A DNA stretch of 64,000 bases from the human T2T-CHM13v2.0 reference genome, Homo sapiens, in NCBI RefSeq assembly GCF_009914755.1, contig NC_060935.1; one strand, 5' to 3'. Under the pieces are notes generated by a model, which ran no database searches, was not told where the DNA came from, and was given only the letters and a program-made list of their open reading frames with translations. Shown here piece by piece: positions 26,101 to 40,721 of the stretch. Position numbers and translations under genes: made by a program. The first letter of the stretch is position 1; the number at the start of each line of letters is the position of its first letter.

Positions 26101-27686
26101 ATAATCATCGTTTTGCTTTTATTCAGTTTCATTAATCAAGTATGAATCCCTGAACAATATACTTTTCTTTTGCCTGTTTTTTAAACTTCTGGTAATATAC
26201 ATGTAACATAAAATTTAAGTGCATTCACATTATTCTGCAATCATCGCCACTATCCATCTTCAAAACTTTTTCATCATCACATACTGAAACCCTGTACCCA
26301 TTTAACAATAACATCCCATTCACCCTCCACCCCTACCAGCCTCTGGTAACCACTGTTCTAATTTCTGAATCAGTGTATTAAACTATTCTTGTTACTTTCT
26401 ACAAGTGAAATCATACAATATTTGTTCTTTTGTGTTTGGCTTATTTAGCATAATGTCTTCAAGGTTGATCCATGTTGTAGCATGTATCAGAGTTTCCCAT
26501 TGTGTGTGTATATACCACACTTTGTTTATTCATTCATCCTTTGATGAACATTTAGGTTGCTTCCACTTTTTGACTATTGTGAATAATTCTGTTCAGCTAT
26601 GAACACTGATGTACAAGTATCTGTTTGAGTCCCTCCTTTCAATTTTCTTGACAGTATATATAGTAATGGAATTTTTGGATCATATGGAAATTCTATGCTT
26701 AATTCTTTGAGGAATCATCAGACTGTTTTCCGTCGCTGCTGTACCATTTTACATTCCTACCAAAGACGCACCAGGGATCCAGTTTCTGCACGTCCTCACC
26801 GATATTAGCTATTTTCTGACTTTTTGATAGCCATCCTAATGGGTGCCAAGTAGTATTTCATTGTGGTTTTGATTTACATTTCTCTAATGATTAATGATAT
26901 TGAGCATCTTTTCGTGTGCTTTTTGGCCATTTGTATATCTTTTTTGGAGAAATGTCTATTCAAGTCCCTTTTCCATTTTTAAATAGTTTCTGTTGTTGCT
27001 GTTGAGTTGTAGGAGTTCTTTATATATTCTGGATGTTAATCTCTTTTTAGATGTGTAATGTGCAAACATTTTCCTCACATTCTCTGGGTTGCCTTTTTGC
27101 TCTGTGATAGTGTACTTTGATGCACAAATGTTTTAAATTTTGATGAAGTCCAATTTGTGTATTTTTTCTTTTGTTGATTGTGTCTTTGGTATCATATCCA
27201 AGAAATAATTGCCAAATGCAATGTCATAAAGATTTCTTTTGTTTTCCTCCCAGAGTTTTACAACTTAGGTCTTACTTTTAGGTCTTTGGTTCATTTTGAG
27301 TTAATTTTTATATATGGTGTTAAGTAAGGGTCCAACTTTATCCTTTTGTATAGGATACCTGGTTTTCTTTTTCTTAGTATAATTTGTTGCAAAGACTGTC
27401 TTGTTCCCGTTGAATGGTTTTGGCACTTTTCTTATTGAAAATCACTTGACCATATATATGAAGGTTTATTTCTGGGCCTCTATTCAATTCCTTTGGTCTA
27501 TATGTCTCTTTATGCCAGTGCCATGCTGTTTTGATTTTTGTAGCTTTGTAATAAAATTTGAAATCATTAAGTGAGTCATTCAATTTTGTTCTTCTTTTTC
27601 AAGATTGTTTTGGCTATTCAGGGTCCTATGAGGTTCCCTATAAATTTTAGGATGGAGTTTTCTATTTCTGCAGAAAAGGTTGTTGG

Positions 27687-27978
27687 GGCCAGGTATGGTG
27701 GCTCATGCCTGTAATCCCAGCACTTTCGGAGACCAAAGTGGGTGGATTGCTTGAGCCTAGGAGTTTGAGATCAGCCTGGGAAACACAGCAAGACTCTGCC
27801 TTTACCAAAAAAAGTACAAAAATTAGCTGGGCCTGGTGCCACATGGCTGTGGTCCCAGCTACTGGGGATGCTGAGGTGGCAGGATCCCTTGAGTTCAGGA
27901 AGTGGAGGCCGCAGTGAGCTGAGATCATTCTGCAACACCCTAGTTTGGGGGTCAGAGAAGCCCCTATCTAAAACAAAT
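27687..27978 (+). mobile_element. AluJ
   Basis: ggattgcttgagcctaggagtttgag; short tail; inside L1MB. Confidence 0.9.
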
Positions 27979-28714
27979 AAGTTATTGGAATTTTGTGGGA
28001 ATTACATTGACTTGTAGATTGCTTTGGCTAACTAATATTGTCATTTAAATAATATTAAGTCTTCTAATCCATGAACATGGAATATCTTTCTATTTATGTC
28101 TTCTTTAATTTCTTTCAGCAGTGTTTCATAATTTTCAGTATATGTCTTTCATCTCCTTGGTTAATTCCTGAGTATTTCATTCTTTTTGATGTTATTATAA
28201 ATGAAATTTTCTTAATTTCTATATCAGATTGTTCACTGCTAGTGAGTTGAAATGCAACTAATTTTTATGTGTTGATTTTTTATCCCAATACTTTGCTGAA
28301 TTTATTATTTGTGACAGTTTTCTTGAGTGTGGAATCTTTAGGGTTGTCTACATACACAATCATGTAATCTGTGAACAGAGATAATTTTATTCTTTCTTTT
28401 TGACTTGGATACCTTTTATTTCTTTTGCCGAATTTCTATTTTTGCCTACCTATATTGTCTGATTGTTCTATCTAGAGATCCTAATACAATGTTGAATAGA
28501 AGTGGGGAAAACTGGCATTTCTGTCTTATTCCTGATTTGAAGAGTAAAGTTTTCAGTCTTTTGTGATTGAGTGTGGTGTCAACTGTGTGTTAATTTTTCA
28601 AATGACTTATGTTAAAGTTGAAGGAAGTTCCTTCTATTTCTAGTTTGTTGAATATTTTTATTATAAAAAGATGTTTAATTGTGTCAGATGATTTTGCTGC
28701 ATCAATTGAGATGA

Positions 28715-29036
<322 letters not shown>

Positions 29037-30727
29037 CCCCGATCCCTTTATTTTGTTAATGTGGTGTACTATAGTGATTCATTTTGGTATGCTGGAATCA
29101 TCTGTGCATTCTAGGAATAAATCCTTCTTGGTCATAGTGTATAATCCTTTTAATATGCAGATGAATTCAGTTTCCTAGTATTTTTTAAAGGATTTTTTCA
29201 TCCGTATTCATAAGGGATATTGGTTTGTACTTTTTTTTTCCTTGTAGCATCTTTGTCTGGTTTTGGTATTTAGGCAATATTGGCCTCATAGGAAGAGTTA
29301 GGAAGTGTTCCAATTTCAATTTTTTGAAAAAGTTTGAAAAAGATAGGTGTTAATTTTTCTTTAAATGTGATAGAAATCACTGATGAAGCCATATGCTTTG
29401 CTTTTCTGGGAGTTTTTTAAATTACTAATTCAATCTCCTTATTAGTTATAGATCTATTTATATTTTCCATTTCTTCATGATCTATTCTAGGTAGGTTTTG
29501 TTTCTAGGAATTGGTCCATTTCATCTAAGTTACCCAATGTATTGGGGCCTAATTGTTCATAGTATTCCTTAAAATCCTTTTTATTTCTGTAGAATTAGTA
29601 GTAATGTCTTTGCTTTCATTTCTGATTTTAGTAATTTGAGTTGTCTTTTTTCTTAGTCTAGGAAAAGATTTGTCAATTTTGTTTATCTTTTCAGAGAAAA
29701 CTTTTTATTTTATTGGCGTTCTCTATTGTTTTTCCAGTCTCCATTTCATTTCTTTCTTCTTTAATCTTTATTATTCCCATCCTTCTACTTGTTTTAAGCT
29801 TAATCTCCTCTTTTTTCTCATTTTTTTAAAGGCATAATTATTTCTCTCCTCAATTCTGTCAGTTTTTGCTTCATGTGTTTAGGGCTCGGTTTTTAGGTCC
29901 ATATATATTTACAGTTGTTATTTATTCCTGATGAATTGACACTTTAATCATTATAAAAAGTTCTTCTTTATCTTTAATAACAATTTTTTGTCATAAAGTC
30001 TTTTCTGTCTGCTATTAGGATAGCCACTTTAGCTCTCTTTTGGTTACTATTTGCATAGTATATCTTTTTGGATTCTTTTAAACTACTCGTGTCTTTGAAT
30101 AAAAAATATGTCTCATAGACAGCGTATAGTTGGGTTAAAAAATCTATCCTGCCAATTTCTGCCTCATGATTGGACTGTTTATTTGCACTTAATGTAATTA
30201 TGATATGGTCAGTTTACATCTGTCATTTTGTTGTTTTCTCTTATGTATATTTTTTGTTCCTCTATTCCTTCATTATTTCTTTGTTAACATTAAATCTCTA
30301 TTTTATAGAATACAGTTTCAATTTCCATTGTTTCTTTAAACACATATTTTTAGTTCTTTTACTATATATTTTAGTTTAGTATATATTTTCTTAATGGCTA
30401 CGCTGGAAATTACAGTCAACATCTTAACTTATAAAAATCTAGCTTGGACTAATACCAACTTAATTTCAGTAATTTAAAGAAGTTTGCTCCAATATAACTC
30501 TACACCGTCTCCTCTACTTCATGTTGTTATTGATATACAAATTACATTATATATATATAATGTATCAATGCAGTTTATATTTTTAAAAATAATTATTTCA
30601 GTTATCTTTTAAAATATATAGAAGAAAAAGAATTAGAAGCAAAAATACATTTAAATCATCCTTTAAATTTACTCCACTCCAAGATGCCACTTACACTAGA
30701 TTGCCTCTGACCCAGTTATTTGGGCAC

Positions 30728-30751
30728 TGTGTGTGTGTGTGTGTGCGTGTG
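30728..30751 (+). repeat. (TG)n microsatellite
   Basis: tgtgtgtgtgtgtgtgtgcgtgtg. Confidence 0.9.
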
Positions 30752-31433
30752 CACCTGTAGAGCTGTAAACTGAAAGATTTACTTCACTAAAGAACCACGA
30801 CTATGGGATCCCCAGAAAACTTTGACAAAGGTAACTAATATCTGTTGGTGATCATAGAAGTTTATCTAGTTCAGCTCTAATAGTGAAATGAAAGCAACCA
30901 GGACCAGTTCCTAGATCTAACATATGATGATAATGTGCCCAGCATCAATAGCAGTAGTGATGGTAGACAGAGGTATCTTGAGGCTGTTGAGCTTTCAGTG
31001 GTGATGCCAACCTCTCAACTTTGGCAGCTTTAACTGTGGTATGAAGGTCTGTTCTGGACCACCCAGTGCTCAAAGAGCAACTGGGACTGATCTGTTGGAC
31101 CTAATCATTCCCTAAATAAGAAACACTGGGAGAGTCAGCATTATATGAATTTAAATATTAAGATAAGTGGCTTTCTTTTAAATCATAACTAGTGAGCAGA
31201 AATGTCAATAAATTTAAGCGACACATTTTAGTAATAGCCCTGCCAGTGAAAAGTAAGTGAATAAACAAACAATAATATTATTTAATAGATTATTTCTCTC
31301 CCTTCCAGCGCATTTGCTTGATGAGATTTATAAAGTCTAGAAGCTCCTGAAGAGTGGGCCAACACCTTATGCACCTGCAAGAGAACTCAAAATAATCATA
31401 GCAGCTCACACTTACTTTTACCCTGTGCCAGGC

Positions 31434-31682
31434 ACTGTGCTTCTCAGAGTGTGAGCTGTGGATCATTGCTGGTCCATGATCTGTTTGTTAATGATCCATG
31501 ACAATAAGTACACAAATTGAGAATAAACATTTAAACATTTTTATAGCAATTTGACATTGCTGCAACTTGAAGGTAGTTGATCATTTTCACTGAGCTTTAC
31601 AAAAATGTCAGTCCAAGTTTGAAAAAACAAAAACCAATAAACAAAAACTAATCCTTTTGTTTGGATAGCTTGAAAAGTACTG
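31434..31682. mobile_element. hAT-Charlie MITE (Charlie18a-like) inside a minus-strand MIR (about 31392-31810)
   Basis: gtgcttctcagagtgtg...aaattgagaataa...ttttatagcaatttgaca...ttgaaaagtactg; MIR flanks gtgccaggcact / tttacagatgaagaaac. Confidence 0.55.
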
Positions 31683-33209
31683 TTCTATAATATTATTATT
31701 TTTTCCACTTTACAGATGAAGAAACAAACTTAGATTAATTACTTGCCCCGGGATACAGTTAACAAGTAGGTGCTGGAATTTAAACCCAGGTGACCTGACT
31801 TCGAGTCTATGGTCTCAGGGACCATACTGTGAGCAGTAAGAAGCAGCTCCTTACCCCATTGGCAGACATTTGGCCTGTGGTTGTGGCAGCAGCAGCTTTT
31901 AGCAGAGCCCTTCCATTTAAATGACTCTGTCCTTGAGCTGACCTGTCATTGGTCAGGAGGTGAGCACGGGGTGGCTGATGGGGCCTGGCCACTAAGGTGG
32001 AAGACTAGGGCATAGGTATTTGTGTTAATAATCACGTATGTCCAGAAAGCCAGGGGTTCCAGCCACAGAAATGAGGCTTTCAGCACACGGCACTAATTAC
32101 CATGATTTCACAGCTGTGATCAATTCACGTTTTCTCACTTTGAGCTCAGGCCTGCTCTATGGGGACTAATGTGAAGAGGTGTAAAAATAAGTTCTGTTTC
32201 CAGCCAGATTAATTACAGGCTCTGCTGAGGCCCCAGTGCATACTGCCTGGACTGCAAGATTGATTGGCTTAGGCCCCAGGTCCAGCTGAAGGAAGGCTAC
32301 ATGGGCTGGCCCAAGGCTGCCCCAGGGGATGCGACTGAAGTCAGAGAGGCAGCCCAGCCCTGCTGCTGTCCGGTTGTGGCTCACCCTGTAGCCTCCTCCT
32401 GAGGGCCTTCCCTCCAAATGCCACCCATCCATCTCAGAGATGTTCAGGGAAGATTAAAATGAGGCAACGTCTGTAAAAGCCTAGAACATGACACAGAGTG
32501 TAAGGGATGCTCGACAGAAGCTAGTTATAATGTCGTTATTATCAGTGTTATTTATTTTTATTGTTATTAATTATATCCTTCTCCTCCTACTAAATCCTAA
32601 GTTCTTTGAGAGCAGGGACTTTTTTTTTTCTTTCAGAAAAATACAGAGTGCAGAACACAAGTCAATGTGTATGCCTTTGACACATGATTTTCCAAGCCAC
32701 TAAATGAATTGTGAAGTTAAAAAGGCACTTCTGAGAAACAGCTATAGAGAGTTGCTCACTTTGCCTAGAGACAGAAATCACAGGTGATGTGGCAGGGGCA
32801 AGTCTTTTGTGTGTAAAGAGATAGATTATGGGTAACAGATGTAAAATCATGTTTTCTGTTCCTGCTGACAAGAGGGGATCAGTATACTTGTTGGGATGAA
32901 GTGTGTTTGCCCAAATGGAAGTCTTTGCTAGGAACTTATGGGGGCTCCTTCAGGGGTGCCCCAAGAGAAAAGGCAGGGATGATGAGTGTGGCTTCATGAC
33001 AGCAGGTGTCTCTGCCCCTACTGTGTTGGAACTTGGCAGGAGTGGTGACCACAGAGCCTGTCCATGCACCATAAGTGGGCACGCTGATCCAGATCACCCC
33101 GTGACAACACGGCCCCTCCAGAGCCTGCAGGGAAACAGCAGCCCAGCCAGACAGGGGGTGGGGCACCTCTGAACAAAGGTTTGGGCCAATCAAGAATCGG
33201 AGCTCCTAA

Positions 33210-33385
33210 CAACAATAACTAAGATGCATTGAGCTGGGCACTCAATAAGCATCTGCCCTCCTTTATCTGATAAGTTCTCATAACAACCTTTTATGGTAAA
33301 TACTAACAGCATGCCCATTTTACATGTGAGGAAACTGAGGCTTAGATCAGGTAAGTAGCTTATTCAGTGTTGCTCAAGTAAATAC
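33210..33385 (-). mobile_element. MIR
   Basis: cccattttacatgtgaggaaactgaggcttaga. Confidence 0.75.
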
Positions 33386-34770
33386 GTTTTAAGAACCCTC
33401 AGCCTCGCTCTCCTCTTCCTCAGGGCACACTTTTTTTTTTTTCCTTCCTACTGTGTGAGCTGTGGTGGGAATGTTAATCGGGATGCCTGTCTTTCCCTAG
33501 TCTTGGGGTCAGGCAAGTGCTCAAAGTCAGGATAAGCAAACTCTCCTTCCTGGGACTCTGAGGAAAGGCTCATTGATGGGGGAAATGGAGGGAGTGGATT
33601 CACTCCAGCTCAGCTCCGGGACAAGATGGCCATGGAGCTCCTGCTACATAAATGTCAGGGACTATCCTGGCTCCATCCTGCCTGCTTCCCTAGCTGCTGC
33701 CCAGCACTCACCTTATAAACATCCTTCGAGCTGGAGTTAGCCCGAATTGGTTTCTGTCCCTTGTGACCACTGAGCCCTGGCTGACACAATCACAGGCTGG
33801 CGAGCAGAGGTACCAGACTTGGGTCCAGGCAGCCTGGCTCCAGATCGTGCCTTCCCCATTGCTCCAGGCCAAGCCAATGGGCAGTAGCCACCACAGAGCC
33901 CCCTCTATGGAACCCTCAGGATGGAAAGAAGGGACTCTGGAAAGGCCGAGGAAGTCCACTGAGAGTTGACCGACAGGAACCCCTGCTTCTCTGGCCTTCA
34001 GTGTGCATGAGGAGCTCAGGTTCCAAGTTTCCAAGTGACGTGCCTCCCATTCCAGCTATATTTACATCTTCTGAGTGATGTTCAGAGGTGGTGGCCTTGG
34101 TCCCATCTCCTGATGGCTGTGAGCCTGCTCAGGCCAACATTTTAGCTCCTAGGATGGTCCTGGAGCTACGGCCCACCTTTTCCCCAGGTCTCGACTTTGC
34201 CTTGCCTTCTTCCCCACAGCCTTCTTTGTCTTCTTGGCTGCCTCCCTCCTGCTCCTAGAAGGGCCTGGTACCAGCCGTGGAAGCTGTGATGTGGTGCCGT
34301 CCACGGTCAGCAGCTGCCAACTCTACTATCCTGGAAGGAAGGGCTTAGTTCCCAGGTACAGAAATAGGAAGTTTCAGGAAGCTGGTGAGAGAGAGTGGCT
34401 GTGGTTGGGGGCTGCAGTCACACCTGTGTGAGGCTGGCCTACGCTCAACCTTACAAGGGCTGATGCCTCCAAGCAATTGTCCTCCAATTATGTTGGCTTC
34501 TCTGATTCCCTTAAAGATTATTCTGCCCAGTTGGCCAGATCCGCTGCACAGGCAATCCAATTTGTTTGGGAAAATGCCAGCCAGATCATTTTCCAATTTG
34601 ATGTGTTTCTTTGCCCAACCTGAGATTCTTCCATCAGACTGAATTTTTTCCTATTTTTCCTGGCTCATTACATGGCTCTCTGGCCCATCTCTTGGGAATC
34701 AGACCTCCTGAAGTCCTGCATTCAGAGTCCCAGAAGGCCAGCAAAGAGGCCCAGGGTAAAAGATAGGGCT

Positions 34771-34797
34771 TAAAAACAAAACAAAACAAAACAAAAC
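34771..34797 (+). repeat. (CAAAA)n pentanucleotide repeat
   Basis: taaaaacaaaacaaaacaaaacaaaac. Confidence 0.85.
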
Positions 34798-35754
34798 CTT
34801 AGAAAAAAGGCAAAGAATATGTGATTCAGTGAACTCATTCAGCAATATGGAAGAGATTAGTTTTCAATTACTTTAAATTTGAAAAGCAAAATAAATACTA
34901 ATAGAGTGAAGCAATTCATTAATCTTATGATGCCATTTCTTTTCATTTGATACAGAACATAATTGATTACAACCTATTTATTTTCATTTAATTTTTGAAT
35001 AGGTGATACATGCATGTGGTTCACAAACCAATAATTATAAAAATGTATACAGAAAGTTTCCTTTCCAACTTTGTTCCTCGTCTGCCCTGCCCCACAACCA
35101 CAATTCAAATGTTTTTCAATGACTAAAATCTGTCTTTCTAACCATACTTGTCCTCCCCTGGGCTTAGTTTTAACTTAATTTTATCCCACAGATTAAAAAA
35201 AGAAACTATTTTCTCACATTATCTTTTGAGAAGATTTTTGCTTTAAAAAAATGATATGTGATACATAACTGAGACTGTGTTGTCATCTTTGAAATTCTTT
35301 TCCCTGGTGTTTTTATAAGCCAGAGTCTCCACTAACCTCAGATGACCTGATAAGTTTTGTGTCTCAAAATCCCAGAAAGATTTGTTGAGTGTCAATTGGT
35401 ATCTTGAGGTCCATGTAGTCAGTGATAAATACCATGCCAAAACTCATCCAAACTGGCAATGAGATGTTAAAGCCCTGAGAAGGATCTCTGGCCAGTCATG
35501 CCCTCTGTCCCTTTAGGGTCTCAAACTGTCAGTAAGAGCATGTTATTTTAGACCAAACCAGAGAAGTGTCAGGGGACAATGGTGCTCCTTGGGAAATGCC
35601 TTCAACTCACATCAACAACCATGCACCAAGCTCTGTGCTGGGTCCTGAGAAGGAAAACATAAGATGGTTGTTAGGTAGTTGGACGTTTTGGCTAGGGGTG
35701 GCATGCAGAGAAAGAGGGAGAGTGAGAATATGCTAGAACTAGAGCAGTAGAAAG

Positions 35755-35940
35755 AATGGTCTTCAATTCTGGCCACAGATTAGAATCATCTAGGGAAGAT
35801 CTTTAAAACTATTGATCCCTGAGCCTCACATCCTGGAGTTTCTGGATTCTGATTTATTTGATCTGGAGTGGAGCCCAGGTATGACTATATTTTAACATTG
35901 TCTCTAGGTGATCTGACTGTGTAGCCAGATGATGAACTCT
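35755..35940. mobile_element. MER5-type MITE
   Basis: ttagaatcatctaggga...attctgatttatttgatctggagtggagcccagg...ctaggtgatctga. Confidence 0.65.
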
Positions 35941-36400
35941 AAGGTCATTAGAGTCCAAAATATTTACTTTGAATCTCATTGAGATACAAAAGCATGTGAT
36001 TACAACTTATATAGTGCAGGTTTCACATTACAGATATCATTTTGTTCTTAGAGAGTAAATGGAACAATATAAATGGATTTCCCTTGTGGTATCTGAATAA
36101 AGCCATCATATTTATGTGAATTTGATTGGAGCCAAGGTTAAAATGAAAACAAGCAGTGCAAAACCCGGCCCCTTTACAGTTTGGCCAGGATAATTTGGAT
36201 GGTCCCTACCTTTATGGCTTGTTGTCTTACCACTCTCTTCTACCTTTCCCTCACTGCTCTTCTCTATAAAATGATCATTACCATCTTCTCTTTGCATCTC
36301 AAACATTTCCAGAGCTCCTAGTGACTTAGAGGGGACACTAGTTCTCAAATTGGTCCAAAGGTCATGTTATGCTTGGAGAAATCACAGTGTACGGCTCTGA

Positions 36401-36737
<337 letters not shown>

Positions 36738-36864
36738 TAAAGTGTTTAACTTTGTTTAATTCAGTGTTTCCCAAACTCATTTGACCACAGAACACTTTTT
36801 GTGAACACAGGTGTGAAGCAGACATGGTCCACAGACCTGAGCTTGCATCTTGAATGAAGGCAGG

Positions 36865-37345
36865 TCTGTTTGCACATCCCCAAGATGGCCTTCAGTGATG
36901 CTCAGATGCTCACCTTATGGCCTTTATGCTCTTGGGTGGCCTGTCGCATCTTGAATCAGGGCTGAGCTGTGTGACCTCCAAGGCTAGCTAATGAAGGGGG
37001 TGTGGCTTCTGCCTTGTTTTCTTGGGTTGCTTCTTCTTGGGGGAAGCCAGCCACCATGTTGTTAGGACACTGGAGTAGCCCTGTGAAGTGGTCCACATGG
37101 TAGAGAATGGTAGCCTCCCATCTACAGCCAGCACCACTGTGGCTGAGCCATCTTGGAAGTGGACCCTCTGATCACAGTCCTTCAGCTGACCAGCATCTTG
37201 ATGAGAACCTCATGAGAGCCAGAAGTGCCAGCTAAGCTCTCTCAAATTCCTAACTCACAGAAACTGTGAGAGTTAATCAGTGTTTATTGCTTTAAGCCAC
37301 TGTGTTTTGGGGTAATTTGTTATTTAGCAATAGGTAACTAACACA
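36865..37345 (+). mobile_element. MLT1F-type MaLR LTR
   Basis: ggggaagccagccaccatgttg...gagccatcttggaagtgga...aattcctaactcacagaaactgtgaga...gcaataggtaactaacaca. Confidence 0.85.
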
Positions 37346-37929
37346 CCTGGAGATTTTACTTTTGGGTCTCAGTTTCCTCATCTGTAAAGTGGGCATTACA
37401 GTACCTTCTTCATAAGGTTATCATGCCAATCTTAAAAGGAGAAAATGCCTGACCTATAGTGTGTGATCAATAATTGGTAGCTATTTTTACGAGCTCTTCT
37501 CCATTCTGATCGGTCTTTTTTGTTTCAATTGTCTTAAAACCTCATTGTACAATTTCAACTATTTATGCCTATATTTGTAGTTACAACTAGATGGAAAGCT
37601 TATTGTCTTTCATTTATTTTGTCTCACCTGACAACACAGAAAACAGTCTTTTGGATTCACAGTATGAGCGATAATAGGTGGGCTCTTTAAAGGCTCGCTT
37701 TGTTGTGTCTCCTTTGGGGATCTTGCTGACCATCTCTACCTGCTACATTCATCTTACAGCCAAGTGTGAGGCCTGCCCTCTGCTATATAACTATGCTTTA
37801 GAGCCACAGGACAACCTTGTTCTTATTCCTAACCTTGGAGGTCCCATCTGCCAGGTAAGGAGTAGAGATCTCAGGTGACAATGAACTTTAGTAGGAGCCT
37901 TACTACTCAAGTACTGTGGTTCCCTCTCC

Positions 37930-39500
37930 CTGAAAGGCTTCCAAATCTCTCCACCTCTTTGTCCCCACCGCTACCACCCTAGGCCAGGCCATCATTATCT
38001 CTCTCTTGAGCTATCACAATAGCTTGCCACCTGCTTCCAGGATTGTCTCCCCACTCCCTGAAATTATGTCCGATATTTCAGCTAGAATAATATTCCTAAA
38101 GTTTAAATTTGATTATGGCATGTCCCTGCTCCAAACTCTTTTAAATGATTTACAGGACCTCGCAAGTTCTCATGTGTGTTCACCCTTCCAGTCCCACCTC
38201 CCCACAATATCTATTTGCAGTTCCCAAATGTGCTAATCTGTTTCTAGTCTCTTAAGCTTTGCACATAATTTTCTTTCTGCTTTAGGTCACATAACGTATA
38301 AAGTTCCAGAGAGTCCCCCAAACAGCATTACCATCAAAGAGCCATGTTTCTCTCATCCCAGATTAGCTGTAGCTGCATAAAATTCCACTATCCACTAGTG
38401 AGACACTCAAGAGTTTAATAAGCATTTCTTCCTGTTAGATTACAGATAATTGGCAGGGTGAGTGGGTGGGGGATGGAGAGTTACACAGGAATTTGGCTTC
38501 TTGGCATTAAAGACCATATTGTCCATGTGATTCCCCAAACCATTTCAGTTTACTTGGGTCAGTGGGCAAGAGCATTTAGATGTTGAGTGAAAGAAGACCA
38601 GGTTAGAATTCTGGAGCCCAGGGGTCAATACATAGACTACTACCCAGCCCTGACCCTTCTTCTGAACTCCAGACCTGGAAAGCCAATTGCCAATTGGACG
38701 TCTCTACTCACATGTCCTGCAGACAGTCAAATTTCTCATGTCCACAACCAAACTCATTGTAGGGTCTCCCAAGCCTTCTCTTCCTTTGGTATTATCTTGG
38801 TAAATTAATGGAGCAATTAACCACCCAGTCCCTGGGCCAGAAACCTGGATGCCCTCCTGTGCCCACCTCTAAATCTGAGACAAAGTCACTTACAATGTCC
38901 TGCATGTTCTGTATGTTGAATATTTCTTCTGGTGGGTCTTTTCCTTTCTATCCACACTGCTTCTGCCTTGGTTCTGATTGACATCTCTGTCCTGCACCAT
39001 GGCTGCATCAGTTTCTCAAGAGTTTCTCTGCTTCCAGTTATATCTTTCTCCATACACTCCCGTAATGATATTTGGAAAATGCAAAACTCTCCTGATTAAA
39101 ATTCCTCAGTGACTCCTTTACTCGGTAAGGTGGCGTCCCACATCCTCTGTAAGGTCGCGTCCCGCATCCTCGCCATTGCACAGAGGGACCTTGATGAGGG
39201 GCTCCTGCCCTCCTCTGCAGCCTCCCCTTGGCTGGCACCCCACTCACATCCTACAGCCTGGCCATGGTAAGCTCATGCTGTTATACTGTTCCTGCATCAG
39301 GCTGTGAAGTTTCATGACCCCTCACCCCCCACTGCCTTTTTCATACCCCCCTCACTTGGAAAGTTCCCAAACAGCCCATCAAAGTCATCTTAAAGTCTTA
39401 AAAGACCTTCTAAGACTTGGCTCAAACACAGGCTTGCTGAAGTCTTTCCTGACCACCACCCCATCCTCTCCCACTTGGCTGAGCGCTTACAGGGTGGGTG
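37930..39500 (+). mobile_element. Degenerate L2 fragments
   Basis: ctaccaccctaggccaggccatcattatctctctc; cttctgaactccagacc; gaaacctggatgcc; boundaries uncertain. Confidence 0.55.
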
Positions 39501-40531
39501 TTCCCCATTTCAGCAGCAACTGACTGACTGAGGGAGGGAGTGTGAGGGGATGGAGTTCCAGCCGAGCAGGCAATGATATGAAAAATTTGCTCAGCGGAAA
39601 TCATCAGTGGAAGGGAGGGTGATCCAGGATTAACTCTACTTTGAATTTGGCACCAACGCTTTGGCCCTCGGCCTATGTGAAACCAGAGTGGGGATGAAGG
39701 AGATGAGGCTGCTGGCTGGAGGAAATATCTCTGGGGGACAGCAAAGGGTGGCAGACGTGGTCTCTGGCCCCTTGAACCTTCCATGCTTCTTGCTTTGGTG
39801 TTTGTGGAAATCTCAGTGCGAATGTGTGGTGGGGAGGGAGACGGGGCTCAAGACAGGAGAGAGGAAGGGAGAGAGACAAATTCATAAGTGTGGACAGCCA
39901 GAGGCTGGGAGGAGGCCGAGGCCTTCAGAGTCGGGGAGGGAAGGGCCAGGCTCTCAGCTGAGAAGGGGGAAGCGTGCGTCACCTCATTTAAAAACTCTTT
40001 ACCAGGCAGCCTGACATTAAGGTTTGCACCTCCTTTGCACTACCCATCCAGAATCCTGCTTCCACATTGCCTTGGGAAAGCAAAGGTGTGGGAGTGAGTG
40101 AGGGGTGAGGCGCACCCACCCTTCCTGCCTCCAGCCACTTACCCAAGATTCGGTGACCACAGAGACCCATTTTCCCACAACGGATACCCCTATTTTGTCC
40201 ACAAATGAGAGAAAATGGAGCCTAAGAAAGGAGCCCTGCGGTGCAGCATGTCATCCTGCGGTGGCTGGCTCGGTGGGCCCCAGCACGGGCCCCTGCAGCA
40301 CTGGCAGTGCTTTCCCAAACACCGCGTTTTTGATTTAACCAATTCAAAAAGGAGTTAACTTCTCCTGAAGAGTTTCACATAATTGGAAACATGCATTCTG
40401 GCAAAGACAGATGGAGAAATTTTTGGTACAACTCCAGCAAAAAGGCCAGTTTATCAACTGCAGTGGGACTGATGGAGGCTGGTCTGCTGCAGCCCAGGAA
40501 TTTAGGCAGGCAACGAAGCCCGGGGCTGACG

Positions 40532-40580
40532 GTAGGTAAGTAGGCAGGCAGGCAGGCAGGTAGGCAAGTAGGTAGGTAGC
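40532..40580 (+). repeat. Mixed (TAGG)/(CAGG)n tetranucleotide repeat
   Basis: gtaggtaagtaggcaggcaggcaggcaggtaggcaagtaggtaggtag. Confidence 0.85.
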
Positions 40581-40721
40581 TGCCTGAATGGTGATGGCAA
40601 GCTGGACAGAAAGGCGCATGGAGAGAGCTCTATAACTAAAAGGAGCAGGCAGTACTGAGAAAACGGAATCATTTTCCCTAAAGTGATAGCAAACTTTTTT
40701 TCCAGTGAGAAAAAAATGAGA

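Noticed and set aside
33440-33770. Possible ancient MLT1 LTR, similarly 47470-47945
   Set aside because: Only faint similarity at the 3' end; cannot be supported without an HMM search.
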